From assembly GCA_023512475.1 (NCBI GenBank), contig JAILZL010000004.1, positions 12,528 to 76,527 on the forward strand: 64,000 bases of DNA. Reading direction: 5' to 3'. The translations under genes and the position numbers were made by a program. Below are positions 54,996 to 64,000 of this stretch, in pieces (the stretch's first letter is position 1; every line of letters begins with the position of its first letter). The notes under the pieces were generated by a model that was not told the DNA's origin, made no database searches, and saw only the letters and a list, made by a program, of their open reading frames with translations. Source of the DNA: Syntrophobacterales bacterium. GTDB lineage: Bacteria; Desulfobacterota; Desulfobaccia; Desulfobaccales; 0-14-0-80-60-11.

Positions 54996-55057
54996 GCCCG
55001 GGGAAGGCGGAGGGCGCGGTTTCCACAAGGCCCTAAGGGGTTTGTCCGGGGGCCCAC

Positions 55058-55223
55058 ACGGGTTCTGAGGAGGGACCGGCGCGAGGAAGGCGCAGGCGTT
55101 CCGGTTTCCGGGGATCCGCCCAGGATCCCCCGGGGCCCCTACAGGTGATCCGGAGGGGCTGGCGCGAGGAAGGCGCAGGCGCCCATCCGGGGGAGCCGGC
55201 TTCCCGGGCCCCAGGACGACAGT
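55058..55223 (+). repeat. Degenerate ~83-nt tandem duplication containing a perfect 21-nt direct repeat
   Basis: ggcgcgaggaaggcgcaggcg at 55078-55098 and 55161-55181, with flanks partly alignable. Unit 1 also carries the perfect palindrome GGGGATCC-gccca-GGATCCCC. Confidence 0.7.
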
Positions 55224-55501
55224 CTCTTTCCTAAGGCGCTCTCACTCCTGCGGATGCGGGGTTTGGGGGTCGGTCCGTGGCCCCGAGGCCGGCATGCCTC
55301 TCTCCCAGGCGCCCTCTTGTCCGGTTGCGGGCTCCGCGTAAATCCTCTGCCGTCCCCTGGCTGTGCAAAGTCGTTTCCGGCCCTCTCCTCCCCCACCGTC
55401 ACCGCCCCGGCAGTCTGGGCCTGTCCTTCCGGCCACCCTTGGGAAACTGCGCCCTCCGGTCGGCCTCCCCATCCCCCGTTGCGGCCCCTTCGGCTTCCGC
55501 T

Positions 55502-56128
55502 TCAGGCGAACATGCTCACATCCCCCTGACCCACCCGGATGACCTCCGGTACGTCGTCGATGAGGGAGATGACGCTGGAAGGCCGGGGCGGAATGATGCC
55601 GGCATCGATGACCAGGTCCAGGTGGCCTTTGAACAGCTCCGCCACGGAAATGGGGTCGCTCTCCGCCAGACTGCCCGCCAGGTTGGCGCCGGTGGAGATG
55701 ATGGGGTGCCCCAGCATCTGCACCAGGGCCAGACAGATGGGGTGGTTGGGCACCCGGATGCCCACGGTGTTGCGCCGGGTCTGCAGGATCTTGGGCACCT
55801 GCCGGGAGGCCTCCAGGATGAAGGTGTAGGGGCCGGGGAGCAGGCGCTTCATGGTCTTGTAGGCATAATTGCCCACCCGGGCGTATTCGCTGATGTTTTT
55901 CAGGTCGGCGCAGATGAAGCTGAAGGGTTTGCTCAGCGGCCGGCGCTTGATCTGGTACAGCCGGGAAATGCCCTTGAGATTGTAGAGGTCGCAGCCCAGG
56001 GCATACCCGGTGTCCGTGGGGTAGCCGATGAGGCCGCCGGCCAGAAGGGTGTCCACCACCTGGCGGAGCAGCCTTTCCTGGGGATTGTCCGGATTGATCT
56101 TCAGGATGGGGGGGAGCTTTGCCTTCAT
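55502..56128 (-). CDS. tsaC: L-threonylcarbamoyladenylate synthase (TsaC/YrdC family)
   Basis: 208 aa. YPTDTGYALGCD, KRRPLSKPFSFI, PGPYTFIL, and IRVPNHP motifs of the YrdC domain. Confidence 0.85.
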   Translation of the reverse strand: MKAKLPPILKINPDNPQERLLRQVVDTLLAGGLIGYPTDTGYALGCDLYNLKGISRLYQIKRRPLSKPFSFICADLKNISEYARVGNYAYKTMKRLLPGPYTFILEASRQVPKILQTRRNTVGIRVPNHPICLALVQMLGHPIISTGANLAGSLAESDPISVAELFKGHLDLVIDAGIIPPRPSSVISLIDDVPEVIRVGQGDVSMFA

Positions 56129-56277
56129 GGCCCTGCCCTCCGGTCAGGTGAGGATGTAAAGGAACGATCGGGGGGCCCGGTCCGCCCTGGCCGGGAAGGC
56201 GCGGCCCCCGGACCGAGGCGCCGCGGGCCCCTCCGGGCGCCGGACGCCCCCTTACGCCGTCTTATGCGATCCCGCCC

Positions 56278-57696
56278 TTAACGGCCGCGTTTTTTGGGCC
56301 TGGGTGAAGACTTGCGTCTCTCCGGGGGGGCGGCCGCGGGGGCCGCCGCCTTCACCGCCAGCATGGTCTGCACCTGATCCTTGTGCCATTTGGGATCCCA
56401 CCATTCCAGGGGATCCACAAACTCCCCGTGCACCAGGACGGAATAGTGCAGGTGGTCCCCGCCGGCCAGGCCCGTGGCCCCGGTGAGCCCCAGGCGGGCG
56501 CCTTTCTCCACCCGCTCGCCCAGCTGCACGTCCATGCGGCTCAGGTGGCTGTACATGGAGAAGATGCCCAGGCCATGGTCCAGGACCACAGTGTTGCCGT
56601 AGATCCCCAGGGGCTCCGCCAGCACCACCACGCCCGGGGCGGTGGCGGGCACCGGGCTGCGCTCCAGGGAGGCCAGGTCCTCCCCCAGATGGGTCTGGTG
56701 GTCCACCGCCTTGCCCTGATAGATATAAGTGCGCTTGTCGCCGAAGCGGGCCATGGGCTTGCCCAGATAGCGCTGAAAGGCCCCGGACCACAACGGCTCA
56801 GGGTGGCTGTGCCGGCAGAGCTCTTTCAGCTTCTCATGGTTGGCCCGGCGCATTTCCCGGTTCACCGTCAGGAAGGCCTCCAGGGGATCGGGGTGCTGCA
56901 CCTGAAAGGTGGCGGCCACCTGGCGCAGGAAGGACTCGGAGAGATTCATATTGTCATGGCGCCACTTGCGGGGCTTCAGGGTCAGGGGTACCGGCCGTTT
57001 CACCTCCTCCCCCACCGCCGGGCGGGCCACCAGCTCCACCGTGAAGGGCACCGCCGGCTCCAGGGGGATGGGAAAGAAGGCCACATACTCCCCTTTCTCC
57101 CCCTGGGGCAGGGGATACCCGGGGGACAGGCGGCCGTTCACCCTAACGCCGCTTGCCGCCACCTCTTTGTTGAGGCGATAGCGCATCACTCCGGTGCCGC
57201 CGAAATGCAGCAGGTGATTGACCCCCTCCAAGGAGAGGTGCACGGGCACCAGGTCAATGACCACCTCCCGGCGGAAGGAGGCGGTGCGGCCCTGAAAGAA
57301 CCCCCGCCAGGAGCGGTCCCGGGCCGTGGCGGTGAGGGTGGCCGGGCCCTCCGCAAAACCCAGCTCGGCTGGCGCCACCGTCACGGAGATCTCCGCCTCC
57401 TGGCCCGCCTCCCCGCCCGGCGGAAAGGTCTGGGTCAGGAGCACCTTTTCCTGCCCTCCCTGGGTCAGGGTCACCCGCACCTCCCGCAAGCCGCTGGAGG
57501 CATCGGCAGCCTTGAGGACAAAGGTGGTGCGCCGGCCCAGAACTGCCAGCCCCTCGGGGCTCTTCAGGACGGGATCCTCCACATCCAGGGCGCTCAGGCC
57601 CCACCAGAGGAACAGGCCCACCCCGGCCAGGGGTATGAGCCACAAGACATACCCTGCCTTCTTATACATAGACCATGTGCGTTTGCGTTTTCCCAT
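56278..57696 (-). CDS. M23-family peptidoglycan metalloendopeptidase
   Basis: N-terminal TM (GYVLWLIPLAGVGLFLWW). C-terminal LytM domain with HLGEDL (HxxxD) and GDHLHY (HxH). Confidence 0.85.
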   Translation of the reverse strand: MGKRKRTWSMYKKAGYVLWLIPLAGVGLFLWWGLSALDVEDPVLKSPEGLAVLGRRTTFVLKAADASSGLREVRVTLTQGGQEKVLLTQTFPPGGEAGQEAEISVTVAPAELGFAEGPATLTATARDRSWRGFFQGRTASFRREVVIDLVPVHLSLEGVNHLLHFGGTGVMRYRLNKEVAASGVRVNGRLSPGYPLPQGEKGEYVAFFPIPLEPAVPFTVELVARPAVGEEVKRPVPLTLKPRKWRHDNMNLSESFLRQVAATFQVQHPDPLEAFLTVNREMRRANHEKLKELCRHSHPEPLWSGAFQRYLGKPMARFGDKRTYIYQGKAVDHQTHLGEDLASLERSPVPATAPGVVVLAEPLGIYGNTVVLDHGLGIFSMYSHLSRMDVQLGERVEKGARLGLTGATGLAGGDHLHYSVLVHGEFVDPLEWWDPKWHKDQVQTMLAVKAAAPAAAPPERRKSSPRPKKRGR

Positions 57697-57970
57697 GGGA
57701 GTGACGGAAGGGCAAGAAGTAACTGCGGCACCTCCCCCGCCTCATGGTAGCAGAGGTTCCCGGAGCTGGCAAGAGCGCCCGCCGGGCCGCCGCCGCACCG
57801 GGGGATTACGCCCCAGGAAATTCCCCGGTTCAGGATGATTTTTTTGCTCGTGTGGATTAAAAATAATGTAAAATAAAGCTCTTATTGTTGAGTTGGGCGG
57901 ACGCCCCCTGGAGGGGCGGCACAACGGCCCCGTCATCAGGGAACACCGCTCCGGAAGGAGGACTGCCCAA

Positions 57971-60184
57971 GTGGCCAAAGAGCAGACCGAAGTCACCCTG
58001 GCGGTGGGCGGCCTGCACTGCGCCGCCTGCGTCGCCCGGGTGGGCAAGGCCTTAAGTGCCGTACCCGGGGTGGACAAGGCCCAGGTCAATCTGGCCACCC
58101 GCCAGGCCAAGGTGGTTTACGATCCCCGTCAGGCCAGCGTGGAGGATCTGAAAAGGGCGGTGCTGGACGCCGGCTACCAGGTGGAGCAGGTCTTCCGGGG
58201 GCCCGCCCGGGCCCCGGCCGCGCCGGAGACGGAGGTGCGCACCTTCCGCCTGCGCTTTCTCACCGCCTTGGGGCTCAGCCTGCCGGTGATGGCGGCGGCC
58301 ATGCTGCCGGGGAGCTTCGCCGCTTTAGGGCTTTCTCCCCAGCAGAATCACTTCCTGCAGTTCCTTTTCACTACTCCGGTGCTGTTTGGCTGCGGCTGGC
58401 CCTTTTTCCGGGGGGCCCTGAAGGCCGCCCGGCATCTGGCCGCCAACATGGACAGCCTGGTGGCCCTGGGGACCACCGCCGCCTATGCCTATTCCACCTG
58501 GGTCACCTTCCTCCCCGGGCAGGTGGCGGCCCTGGGCCAGGAAGCGGTGGTCTATTTCGACACCACGGTGATGATCATCACCGTCATCCTCCTGGGGCGC
58601 TGGCTGGAGGCCCTCTCCCGGGGCCGGGCCGGGGAGGCCATCCGGCGCCTCTTCGCCTTGGCGCCGCCTCAAGCCACGGTGCTGCGGGACGGCCAGGAGG
58701 TCCAGGTGCCCCTGGAGGAGGTGCAGGTGGGGGACCTGGTGGTGGTGCGGCCCGGGGAGCGCCTGCCGGTGGACGGGGTGGTGGTGGAGGGCACCAGCAG
58801 CGTGGATGAATCCATGCTCACCGGGGAGAGCCTGCCGGTGACCAAGGAACCCGGCCATGAGGTCTGGGGGGCCACCCTCAACCAGCAGGGCCACCTGATC
58901 TACCGGGTCACCCGGGTGGGGGAGGACACGGTCCTGGCCCAGATCATCCGCCTGGTGAGCGAAGCCCAGAGCAGCAAGGCCCCCATCGAGCGCCTGGCGG
59001 ACCGGGTCTCCGGTATCTTTGTGCCGGTGGTCATGGGGGTCGCCGGGCTCACCTTCCTGGGCTGGTTCTATCTGGCTCCCCAGGCGGCCCTGGCCCCGGC
59101 CCTCATCCATGCCGTGGCGGTCCTCATCATCGCCTGCCCCTGCGCCCTGGGGCTGGCCACCCCCACCGCGGTGATGGTGGGCACCGGCCGGGGCGCGGAG
59201 CTGGGCATCCTCATCCGGGGCGGCGAACCCCTGGAGCGGGCCCACCGCCTCACCACCGTCATCTTTGACAAGACCGGCACCCTCACCCTGGGCAAGCCCC
59301 GCATCACCGACGTCTGGGCCTGGGAAGGCTGGAAGGAGGTCCAGGTGCTGGCGTATGCCGCGGCCCTGGAGGAGAAATCGGAACACCCCCTGGCCCAGGC
59401 GGTGGTCACGGCCGCCCGCCAGAAGAAGCTGAAGCTCCCGGAGGTGTCCGAGTTCCAGGCCGTCCCGGGCCTGGGGGTCAAGGCCCGCATCGACGGCCGG
59501 GAGGTGCTCCTGGGGAACCTCACCTTCATGAAGCGGGCCGGCGTCCCCCACGCCGATCTGGCCCACTACCAGGAGCAGCTGGCCGCCGAGGGCAAGACCA
59601 CCATTTTTTTGGCGGTGGACGGGGCCGCCCAGGGACTGCTGGCCGCCATGGATACGGTCAAACCCTTCGCCCGGGAGGTGGTGCAGACCTTGCGGGAGAT
59701 GGGCCTGAGCATCCGGCTGCTCTCCGGCGACACCCAGGCCGCGGCCCAGGCGGTGGCGGGGATGGTGGGCATCCGCAAGGTCATGGCCAATGTGCTACCG
59801 GCGGAAAAGAGCCGGGCGGTGGCCGAGCTGCAGGCGGCGGGCGAGGTGGTGGCCATGGTGGGGGACGGCATCAACGATGCCCCGGCCCTGGCCCAGGCGG
59901 ATGTGGGCATTGCCCTGGGCACCGGCGCGGACGTCGCCCTGGAGGCCGCGGACCTCACCCTCATCCGGGACGATCTCCGGCTCATCCCCCAAGCCCTGCG
60001 CCTGGCCCGGGTGATGATGCGCATCATCCGGCAAAATCTCTTCTGGGCCTTCTGCTACAATGTGGTGGCCATCCCGGCCGCGGCCCTGGGCTATCTCTCC
60101 CCGGCTCTGGCCGCCGCCGCCATGGGCCTGAGCTCCGTGAGCGTGGTAAGCAACAGCCTGCGCCTGCGGCGCTTCGGGAAATAG
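57971..60184 (+). CDS. copA: Cu(I)-translocating P1B-type ATPase
   Basis: GTG at 57971, 9 nt after GGAGG. N-terminal HMA motif [12 protein letters not shown], membrane CPC ([12 protein letters not shown]), DKTGTLT, SEHPLA, and GDGINDAP. The ORF-track TTG at 57893 is an alternative start. Confidence 0.9.
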   Translation: MAKEQTEVTLAVGGLHCAACVARVGKALSAVPGVDKAQVNLATRQAKVVYDPRQASVEDLKRAVLDAGYQVEQVFRGPARAPAAPETEVRTFRLRFLTALGLSLPVMAAAMLPGSFAALGLSPQQNHFLQFLFTTPVLFGCGWPFFRGALKAARHLAANMDSLVALGTTAAYAYSTWVTFLPGQVAALGQEAVVYFDTTVMIITVILLGRWLEALSRGRAGEAIRRLFALAPPQATVLRDGQEVQVPLEEVQVGDLVVVRPGERLPVDGVVVEGTSSVDESMLTGESLPVTKEPGHEVWGATLNQQGHLIYRVTRVGEDTVLAQIIRLVSEAQSSKAPIERLADRVSGIFVPVVMGVAGLTFLGWFYLAPQAALAPALIHAVAVLIIACPCALGLATPTAVMVGTGRGAELGILIRGGEPLERAHRLTTVIFDKTGTLTLGKPRITDVWAWEGWKEVQVLAYAAALEEKSEHPLAQAVVTAARQKKLKLPEVSEFQAVPGLGVKARIDGREVLLGNLTFMKRAGVPHADLAHYQEQLAAEGKTTIFLAVDGAAQGLLAAMDTVKPFAREVVQTLREMGLSIRLLSGDTQAAAQAVAGMVGIRKVMANVLPAEKSRAVAELQAAGEVVAMVGDGINDAPALAQADVGIALGTGADVALEAADLTLIRDDLRLIPQALRLARVMMRIIRQNLFWAFCYNVVAIPAAALGYLSPALAAAAMGLSSVSVVSNSLRLRRFGK

Positions 60185-60306
60185 CCCTCACCTCAGGAAC
60201 CGGGGAAGGGGTGCGGCGAGGGTAAGGGGCTCCGACCGCCGGCCTCCTCCCCCAGGGCGCCGCCCGGACTGTCTTGGGGCGCCTGACCTCCCGGCCCCGG
60301 CGGACA

Positions 60307-60335
60307 TTGACTCCCCCGGGGCCTTCCCGTACAAT
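60307..60335 (+). promoter_or_regulatory. Near-consensus sigma70 promoter placed for a leaderless transcript
   Basis: TTGACT (60307-60312), 17-nt spacer, TACAAT (60330-60335). The ATG at 60342 begins 7 nt after the -10 element, and no Shine-Dalgarno sequence is present. Confidence 0.45.
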
Positions 60336-60341
60336 GTCCCT

Positions 60342-61415
60342 ATGGCGGTGAGACCTGCGGCCCGGGTGTTGCTGTGGGGGGTGCTCCTGGGGATGGCCTT
60401 TTGGAGGCCGGCCGTCGGGGCGGCCACCGCTCCCCCGCCGGCCTTGCGCCCCCATCTGGTGGATCCCACCGCGGCTCCTGCCGTGGCCCGCCTGCTCCCC
60501 CAGCTCCATCTGCGGTATGACCCCGGGCTGACCCCGGGTGAGCGGGATCGGGAGTTTCTGGCCCAGCTGAGATACTCCAAAGACCGCCTGGAGGTGGGGC
60601 GGCTGGTGGACCTGCGCCACCAGAGCCTCCACCTTCTCAACGCCCACGGCTCCCGGGAGCCCTCCTGGGAGTATCTCCGGCGGCGCTCCTGGCCCCAGGG
60701 CGGCCGGGTGGGGGTGACCTTAAGCGTGCCGGTGTGGGTGCCCTCCCAGGCCCGCCGGGTGCCCACCTACGCGGGCTTTGAAAAACGGTGGGAGACGGTG
60801 GCCCAGACCCTGCCCCGGCCCTCGGGTTTCGTCTGGTTCGCCCCGGAGATGCGCGACATCAACGACAAAGCCCGCTACCGGGCCGAACGGATTCATTTTG
60901 AGGTGAACAGCCGCTTCGCCCCTCTGGCGGCGCTGCTGTTGGAGTATATCTTCCGGGAAGGCTGGTATGAGCCGGACAGGCGGGTGCCGCTCCTGGTGGT
61001 GCGGGGGGGCGAGGACACCTACGCCGCCCCGGCCTATGGCGGCCCGGTGACCGCCCAGGTGCTGAGCTTTCCCGATGAGGAGGGCACCTCCCTGGCCGCC
61101 CGGGTGGTGACGGTATCCCTGCCCCACCTGGCCGCCCTATACCATGGCCGCCACGCCCAGGCCTCCAACCACCGCCTGGGGCTGGCTCTGGACCTGAATG
61201 ATTTCAACTACCCCGGGGTCATGGACGGCCCCCCCAACCCCATCAGCCGGGCCCTGCGGCAGTTCGACCGGGACGCCATGCACCGGCTGGACGCCCGGCA
61301 CCTCCCCGCCTGGGTCTATCGGGCCGCCAAGTGGGTGGGGCTACGCCTGCCCCAGGAGTGGACCTATGTCGGCTACCACACCGACTGGGCCCACCTGGAT
61401 GTGGGCACCAAATGA
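60342..61415 (+). CDS. Secreted hypothetical protein with a C-terminal LAS/M15-peptidase-like Zn motif
   Basis: Signal peptide (VLLWGVLLGMAFWRPAVGAA). SNHRLGLALDL (HxxGxAxD-type) and WAHLDV near the C-terminus resemble D-Ala-D-Ala carboxypeptidase (VanY/M15) signatures. Weak, motif-level only. Confidence 0.4.
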   Translation: MAVRPAARVLLWGVLLGMAFWRPAVGAATAPPPALRPHLVDPTAAPAVARLLPQLHLRYDPGLTPGERDREFLAQLRYSKDRLEVGRLVDLRHQSLHLLNAHGSREPSWEYLRRRSWPQGGRVGVTLSVPVWVPSQARRVPTYAGFEKRWETVAQTLPRPSGFVWFAPEMRDINDKARYRAERIHFEVNSRFAPLAALLLEYIFREGWYEPDRRVPLLVVRGGEDTYAAPAYGGPVTAQVLSFPDEEGTSLAARVVTVSLPHLAALYHGRHAQASNHRLGLALDLNDFNYPGVMDGPPNPISRALRQFDRDAMHRLDARHLPAWVYRAAKWVGLRLPQEWTYVGYHTDWAHLDVGTK

Positions 61416-61499
61416 CCTGCCCCCCACAGGTGCGCCGAGGCGGCCCGAAAGAAGAGATCACGGCCGGCGGCGTGAGCCGCTCTCCTTTTCCCTGCCCCC

Positions 61500-64000
61500 A
61501 TGCTGACCGAGTTTGTCCATCACCTCCGGGAGTCTGAGGATCTGCGGGATATCCTGGTGTATTACCGCTACGAGGAGCCCCGGCCGGTGCAGTATTACGC
61601 CGGTGAGGCGGGGTTGCCCCCGGAGCTCTGGCAGGCCCTGCGCCGGCTGGGGATCGAGCGCCTCTACCGCCACCAGGGGGAGGCCCTGGAGGCGGTGGCC
61701 CGGGGGGAACACGTGCTGGTGGCCACCCCCACCGCCAGCGGCAAGACCCTGATTTACAACCTGCCGGTGGTGGCGGACTTCCTGGCCGATCCCCAGGGGC
61801 ATGCGCTGTATCTCTTCCCCCTCAAGGCCTTGGAGCAGGACCAGCTTAAGGCCCTCAGGGAGCTGGAGGCGGCCCTGCCCCGGCCCGGTCTCAGCGCCGC
61901 CATCTTTGACGGGGACACCCCTCCGGCGGCGCGCCAGGCCCTCAAGGCCAAGCCGCCCCGGGTGCTCATCAGCAATCCCGACATGCTGCACCTGGGGCTT
62001 TTGCCCTTCCACGACGCCTGGGCCGGATTTTTCCGGGGGCTGAAATATGTGGTCATTGACGAGGTGCACACCTACCGGGGCATCCTGGGCAGCCACATGG
62101 CCCAGGTCCTGCGGCGCCTTAGGCGGCTCTGCGCCCATTACGGGGTCCAACCCCGCTTTCTCATGTTTTCCGCCACCATCAACGAGCCAGGAGACTTCAT
62201 CCGGCAGCTCACCGGGCTCCAGGTGCGGGTCATCACGGAGAGCGGCGCCCCCCAGTCCGGCCGGCACTTCCTGTTTCTCAACCCGCCGGAGGGGGCCGCG
62301 GCCACCGCCGCCCGCCTCTTCGCCCAAGCCATCCGCCGCAATCTGGCCACCATCTGTTTCACCCAGGGCCGCAAGCTCACCGAGCTCATCCACCTGTGGG
62401 CCCTGCGCCAGGTGCCGGAGCTGCGGCGCTACATCAGCTCCTACCGGGCGGGCTTTCTCCCCGAGGAGCGCCGGGAGATCGAGGGCCGGCTGGCCAGCGG
62501 CAGGCTCCGGGGGGTGATCTCCACCAGCGCCCTGGAGATGGGCATTGACATCGGCGGACTGGACGTCTGCCTCCTGGTGGGCTACCCCGGCACCATGGTC
62601 ACCGCCCTGCAGCGCATCGGCCGGGTGGGGCGCCAGGGCCGGGACTGCCTGGTGGTGCTGGTGGCCCAGCCCGACGCCCTGGACCAGTACTTCATGAAAT
62701 ATCCGGAGCAGTTCTTCGCCCGGCCCCTGGAGTGCGCCGTGGTGGACCCCGACAACCCGGTGGTGGTGGCGGCCCACCTGCCCTGCGCCGCCCAGGAGCT
62801 GCCCTTGCACCGGGAGCGGGAGGTCCACTTCGATCTTGCCGCCCATGCCCCCGAGGTGGAAAAACTCCTTCATCAGGGCCGTCTTTTGGCCACCCTGGAC
62901 GGCCGCACCCTGCTCGCCCGGGAGCGCTTCCCCCACAAACAGGTGAATATCCGGGGGGTAGGCGAGAGCTTCGCCATCTTCCAGCGGGGCAGGAAGCGGC
63001 CCATCGGCCATGTGGACGGGCATCGCGCCTTAAGGGAGTGCCACCCCGGCGCCATCTATCTCCACAAGGCCCACACCTTTGCGGTGGAGGACCTGGATCT
63101 GCAGCGCCGCAACGTCCATGTCTCCCCGGTGGAGCCCCACTACTACACCCGCATCCAGACGGACAAGGACACCGAAATCCTGGAGGTGAAGGAGAGCCGG
63201 CAGGTGGCGGGCTTTCTGGCCCACACCGGCCGTCTCAAGGTGACGGAGCGCTTCCTGGCCTACGAGAAGCGGCGCCTGCCGGGCCAGGAGCTTCTGGGGG
63301 TGGTGCCCCTGGAGCTGCCGCCCCAGGTCTTTGAGACCGTGGGCGTCTGGCTGGAGATCCCCGACCCGGTCAAGGCCGCGGTCAGCGCCCAGGGCCTCCA
63401 CTTCATGGGGGGCATCCACGCCCTGGAGCACGCCCTCATCAGCATGTTCCCCCTCTTTGCCCTGGCGGACCGCTACGACATCGGCGGCATCGCCCACCCG
63501 GCGCACCCCCAGGTGGGGCGGGCGGCCGTGTTCATCTACGACGGCTATCCCGGCGGCGTGGGCCTGGCGGCCCGGGCCTTCCGCATCCTGGAGGAGCTCC
63601 TGAGGCGCACCCGGGAGATGATCAACGACTGCCCCTGCGAGGAAGGCTGTCCCTCCTGCATCCACTCCCCCAAATGCGGCTCCGGCAACAAACCCCTGGA
63701 CAAACAGGCGGCCTATGAGATCGCCTCCCTGCTCCTGGGAGAGGAGCCCCGGATGGAGCCTCCCGCCCCCCTGGCGGCCGAGCCCCCGGCCCCCGCCCCG
63801 GTGACGGCGGCCCCGGAGGAGACCCTCCCCTGGCTGGCCCGGCGCCGGGTGGGCTTCCTGGACCTGGAGACCTGCTGCTCCGCCGAGGAGGTGGGCGGCT
63901 GGGAGCGCTGCCACCATATGGGCGTCTCCCTGGCCGTCCTGGTGGAGACCGCGCCTGAGCGCCTCCGCGTGTATCGGGAAGGAGACCTGGAGCGCCTCTG
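61500..64000 (+). CDS. DEAD/DEAH-box helicase with C-terminal DUF1998/MZB Cys cluster (MrfA/YprA-like), open at the window end and continuing into an exonuclease-like segment
   Basis: My own translation from ATG 61500: MLTEFVHHLRESEDL...HQGEALEAVARGEHVLVATPTASGKTLIYNLPV (Walker A), VVIDEVHTYRG (DEVH), GRVGRQG (motif VI), CPCEEGCPSCIHSPKCGSGNKPLDK (4-Cys). A Pro/Ala linker and ...VGFLDLETCCSAEEVGGW... then follow, with no stop before nt 64000. This ORF is absent from the ORF track because it is open-ended. Confidence 0.85.
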   Translation, partial: MLTEFVHHLRESEDLRDILVYYRYEEPRPVQYYAGEAGLPPELWQALRRLGIERLYRHQGEALEAVARGEHVLVATPTASGKTLIYNLPVVADFLADPQGHALYLFPLKALEQDQLKALRELEAALPRPGLSAAIFDGDTPPAARQALKAKPPRVLISNPDMLHLGLLPFHDAWAGFFRGLKYVVIDEVHTYRGILGSHMAQVLRRLRRLCAHYGVQPRFLMFSATINEPGDFIRQLTGLQVRVITESGAPQSGRHFLFLNPPEGAAATAARLFAQAIRRNLATICFTQGRKLTELIHLWALRQVPELRRYISSYRAGFLPEERREIEGRLASGRLRGVISTSALEMGIDIGGLDVCLLVGYPGTMVTALQRIGRVGRQGRDCLVVLVAQPDALDQYFMKYPEQFFARPLECAVVDPDNPVVVAAHLPCAAQELPLHREREVHFDLAAHAPEVEKLLHQGRLLATLDGRTLLARERFPHKQVNIRGVGESFAIFQRGRKRPIGHVDGHRALRECHPGAIYLHKAHTFAVEDLDLQRRNVHVSPVEPHYYTRIQTDKDTEILEVKESRQVAGFLAHTGRLKVTERFLAYEKRRLPGQELLGVVPLELPPQVFETVGVWLEIPDPVKAAVSAQGLHFMGGIHALEHALISMFPLFALADRYDIGGIAHPAHPQVGRAAVFIYDGYPGGVGLAARAFRILEELLRRTREMINDCPCEEGCPSCIHSPKCGSGNKPLDKQAAYEIASLLLGEEPRMEPPAPLAAEPPAPAPVTAAPEETLPWLARRRVGFLDLETCCSAEEVGGWERCHHMGVSLAVLVETAPERLRVYREGDLERL

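Noticed and set aside
55078-55181. The 21-nt repeat pair as a mini-CRISPR array, or as SRP/4.5S RNA (the GGAAGG-containing hairpin).
   Set aside because: There are only two copies, with a 62-nt unequal spacer inside a larger tandem duplication, and no cas genes. The hairpin lacks the conserved SRP domain-IV sequence (GGUCCGGAAGGAAGCAGCC) and its asymmetric loops.
57844-57874. MerR/CueR-type promoter upstream of copA (TTGCTC, 19-nt spacer, TAAAAT).
   Set aside because: The overlong spacer is suggestive, but I see no dyad-symmetric operator in it and no MerR-, CsoR- or CopY-family gene nearby. The hexamer choice is ambiguous in this AT-rich patch.
1-64000. Mobile elements, prophage genes, toxin-antitoxin pairs, restriction-modification or known defence operons, tRNA/rRNA genes.
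   Set aside because: No integrase, transposase, recombinase or terminal inverted repeats, and no cloverleaf-like or rRNA-like sequence, were recognised on either strand. The only defence-associated domain type is the DUF1998 helicase at the window edge, which is reported separately.

Overview
High-GC bacterial chromosomal segment (roughly two-thirds G+C by eye, not computed), densely coding. I support about 49 protein genes. I found no rRNA, tRNA, CRISPR array, transposase or integrase. All calls come from reading the ORF-track translations for motifs and from hand-checking starts and stops in the nucleotide sequence; no homology search was run.

Gene order:
- 10-6976 (+): Zn-dehydrogenase, a serine-palmitoyltransferase-like alpha-oxoamine synthase, and a split MacB/DevCA-type ABC exporter with its own TolC-like and HlyD-like partners.
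- 7632-15111 (-): an exopolysaccharide module. It holds a receiver/Zn-ribbon/degenerate-GGDEF regulator, an SDR epimerase, a processive QxxRW GT2 synthase, a TolC-like protein fused to a hydrolase-like domain, and a HlyD adaptor.
- 15276-19601 (+): HlyD plus an ABC-2 exporter.
- 19848-24084: an octaheme cytochrome c, an isolated hypE, and bioA.
- 24114-32316 (-): a six-gene glycan operon. It holds a flippase, two GT2 genes, a NodB deacetylase, a frameshifted ArnT/PMT-like GT-C, and a membrane spermidine-synthase-like protein.
- 32393-37090 (-): a Liv-type amino-acid ABC importer with a LivM-LivG fusion.
- 37340-61415: mostly housekeeping genes (aroF-aroB, rtcA, dodecin, hisC-cmk-rpsA-sppA, tsaC, an M23 peptidase, copA).
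- 61500 to the window end (+): a DEAD/DUF1998 (MrfA/YprA-like) helicase that reads on into an exonuclease-like segment.

Features the genes do not explain:
- A three-copy intergenic repeat family.
- An orphan consensus promoter plus terminator that defines a candidate sRNA of about 70 nt.
- Two promoters placed to give leaderless mRNAs.
- A C-rich, G4-prone spacer of about 650 nt.
- A sharp AT-rich island across a gene junction.
- An ~83-nt tandem duplication.

The long ORFs antisense to real genes are high-GC artefacts.
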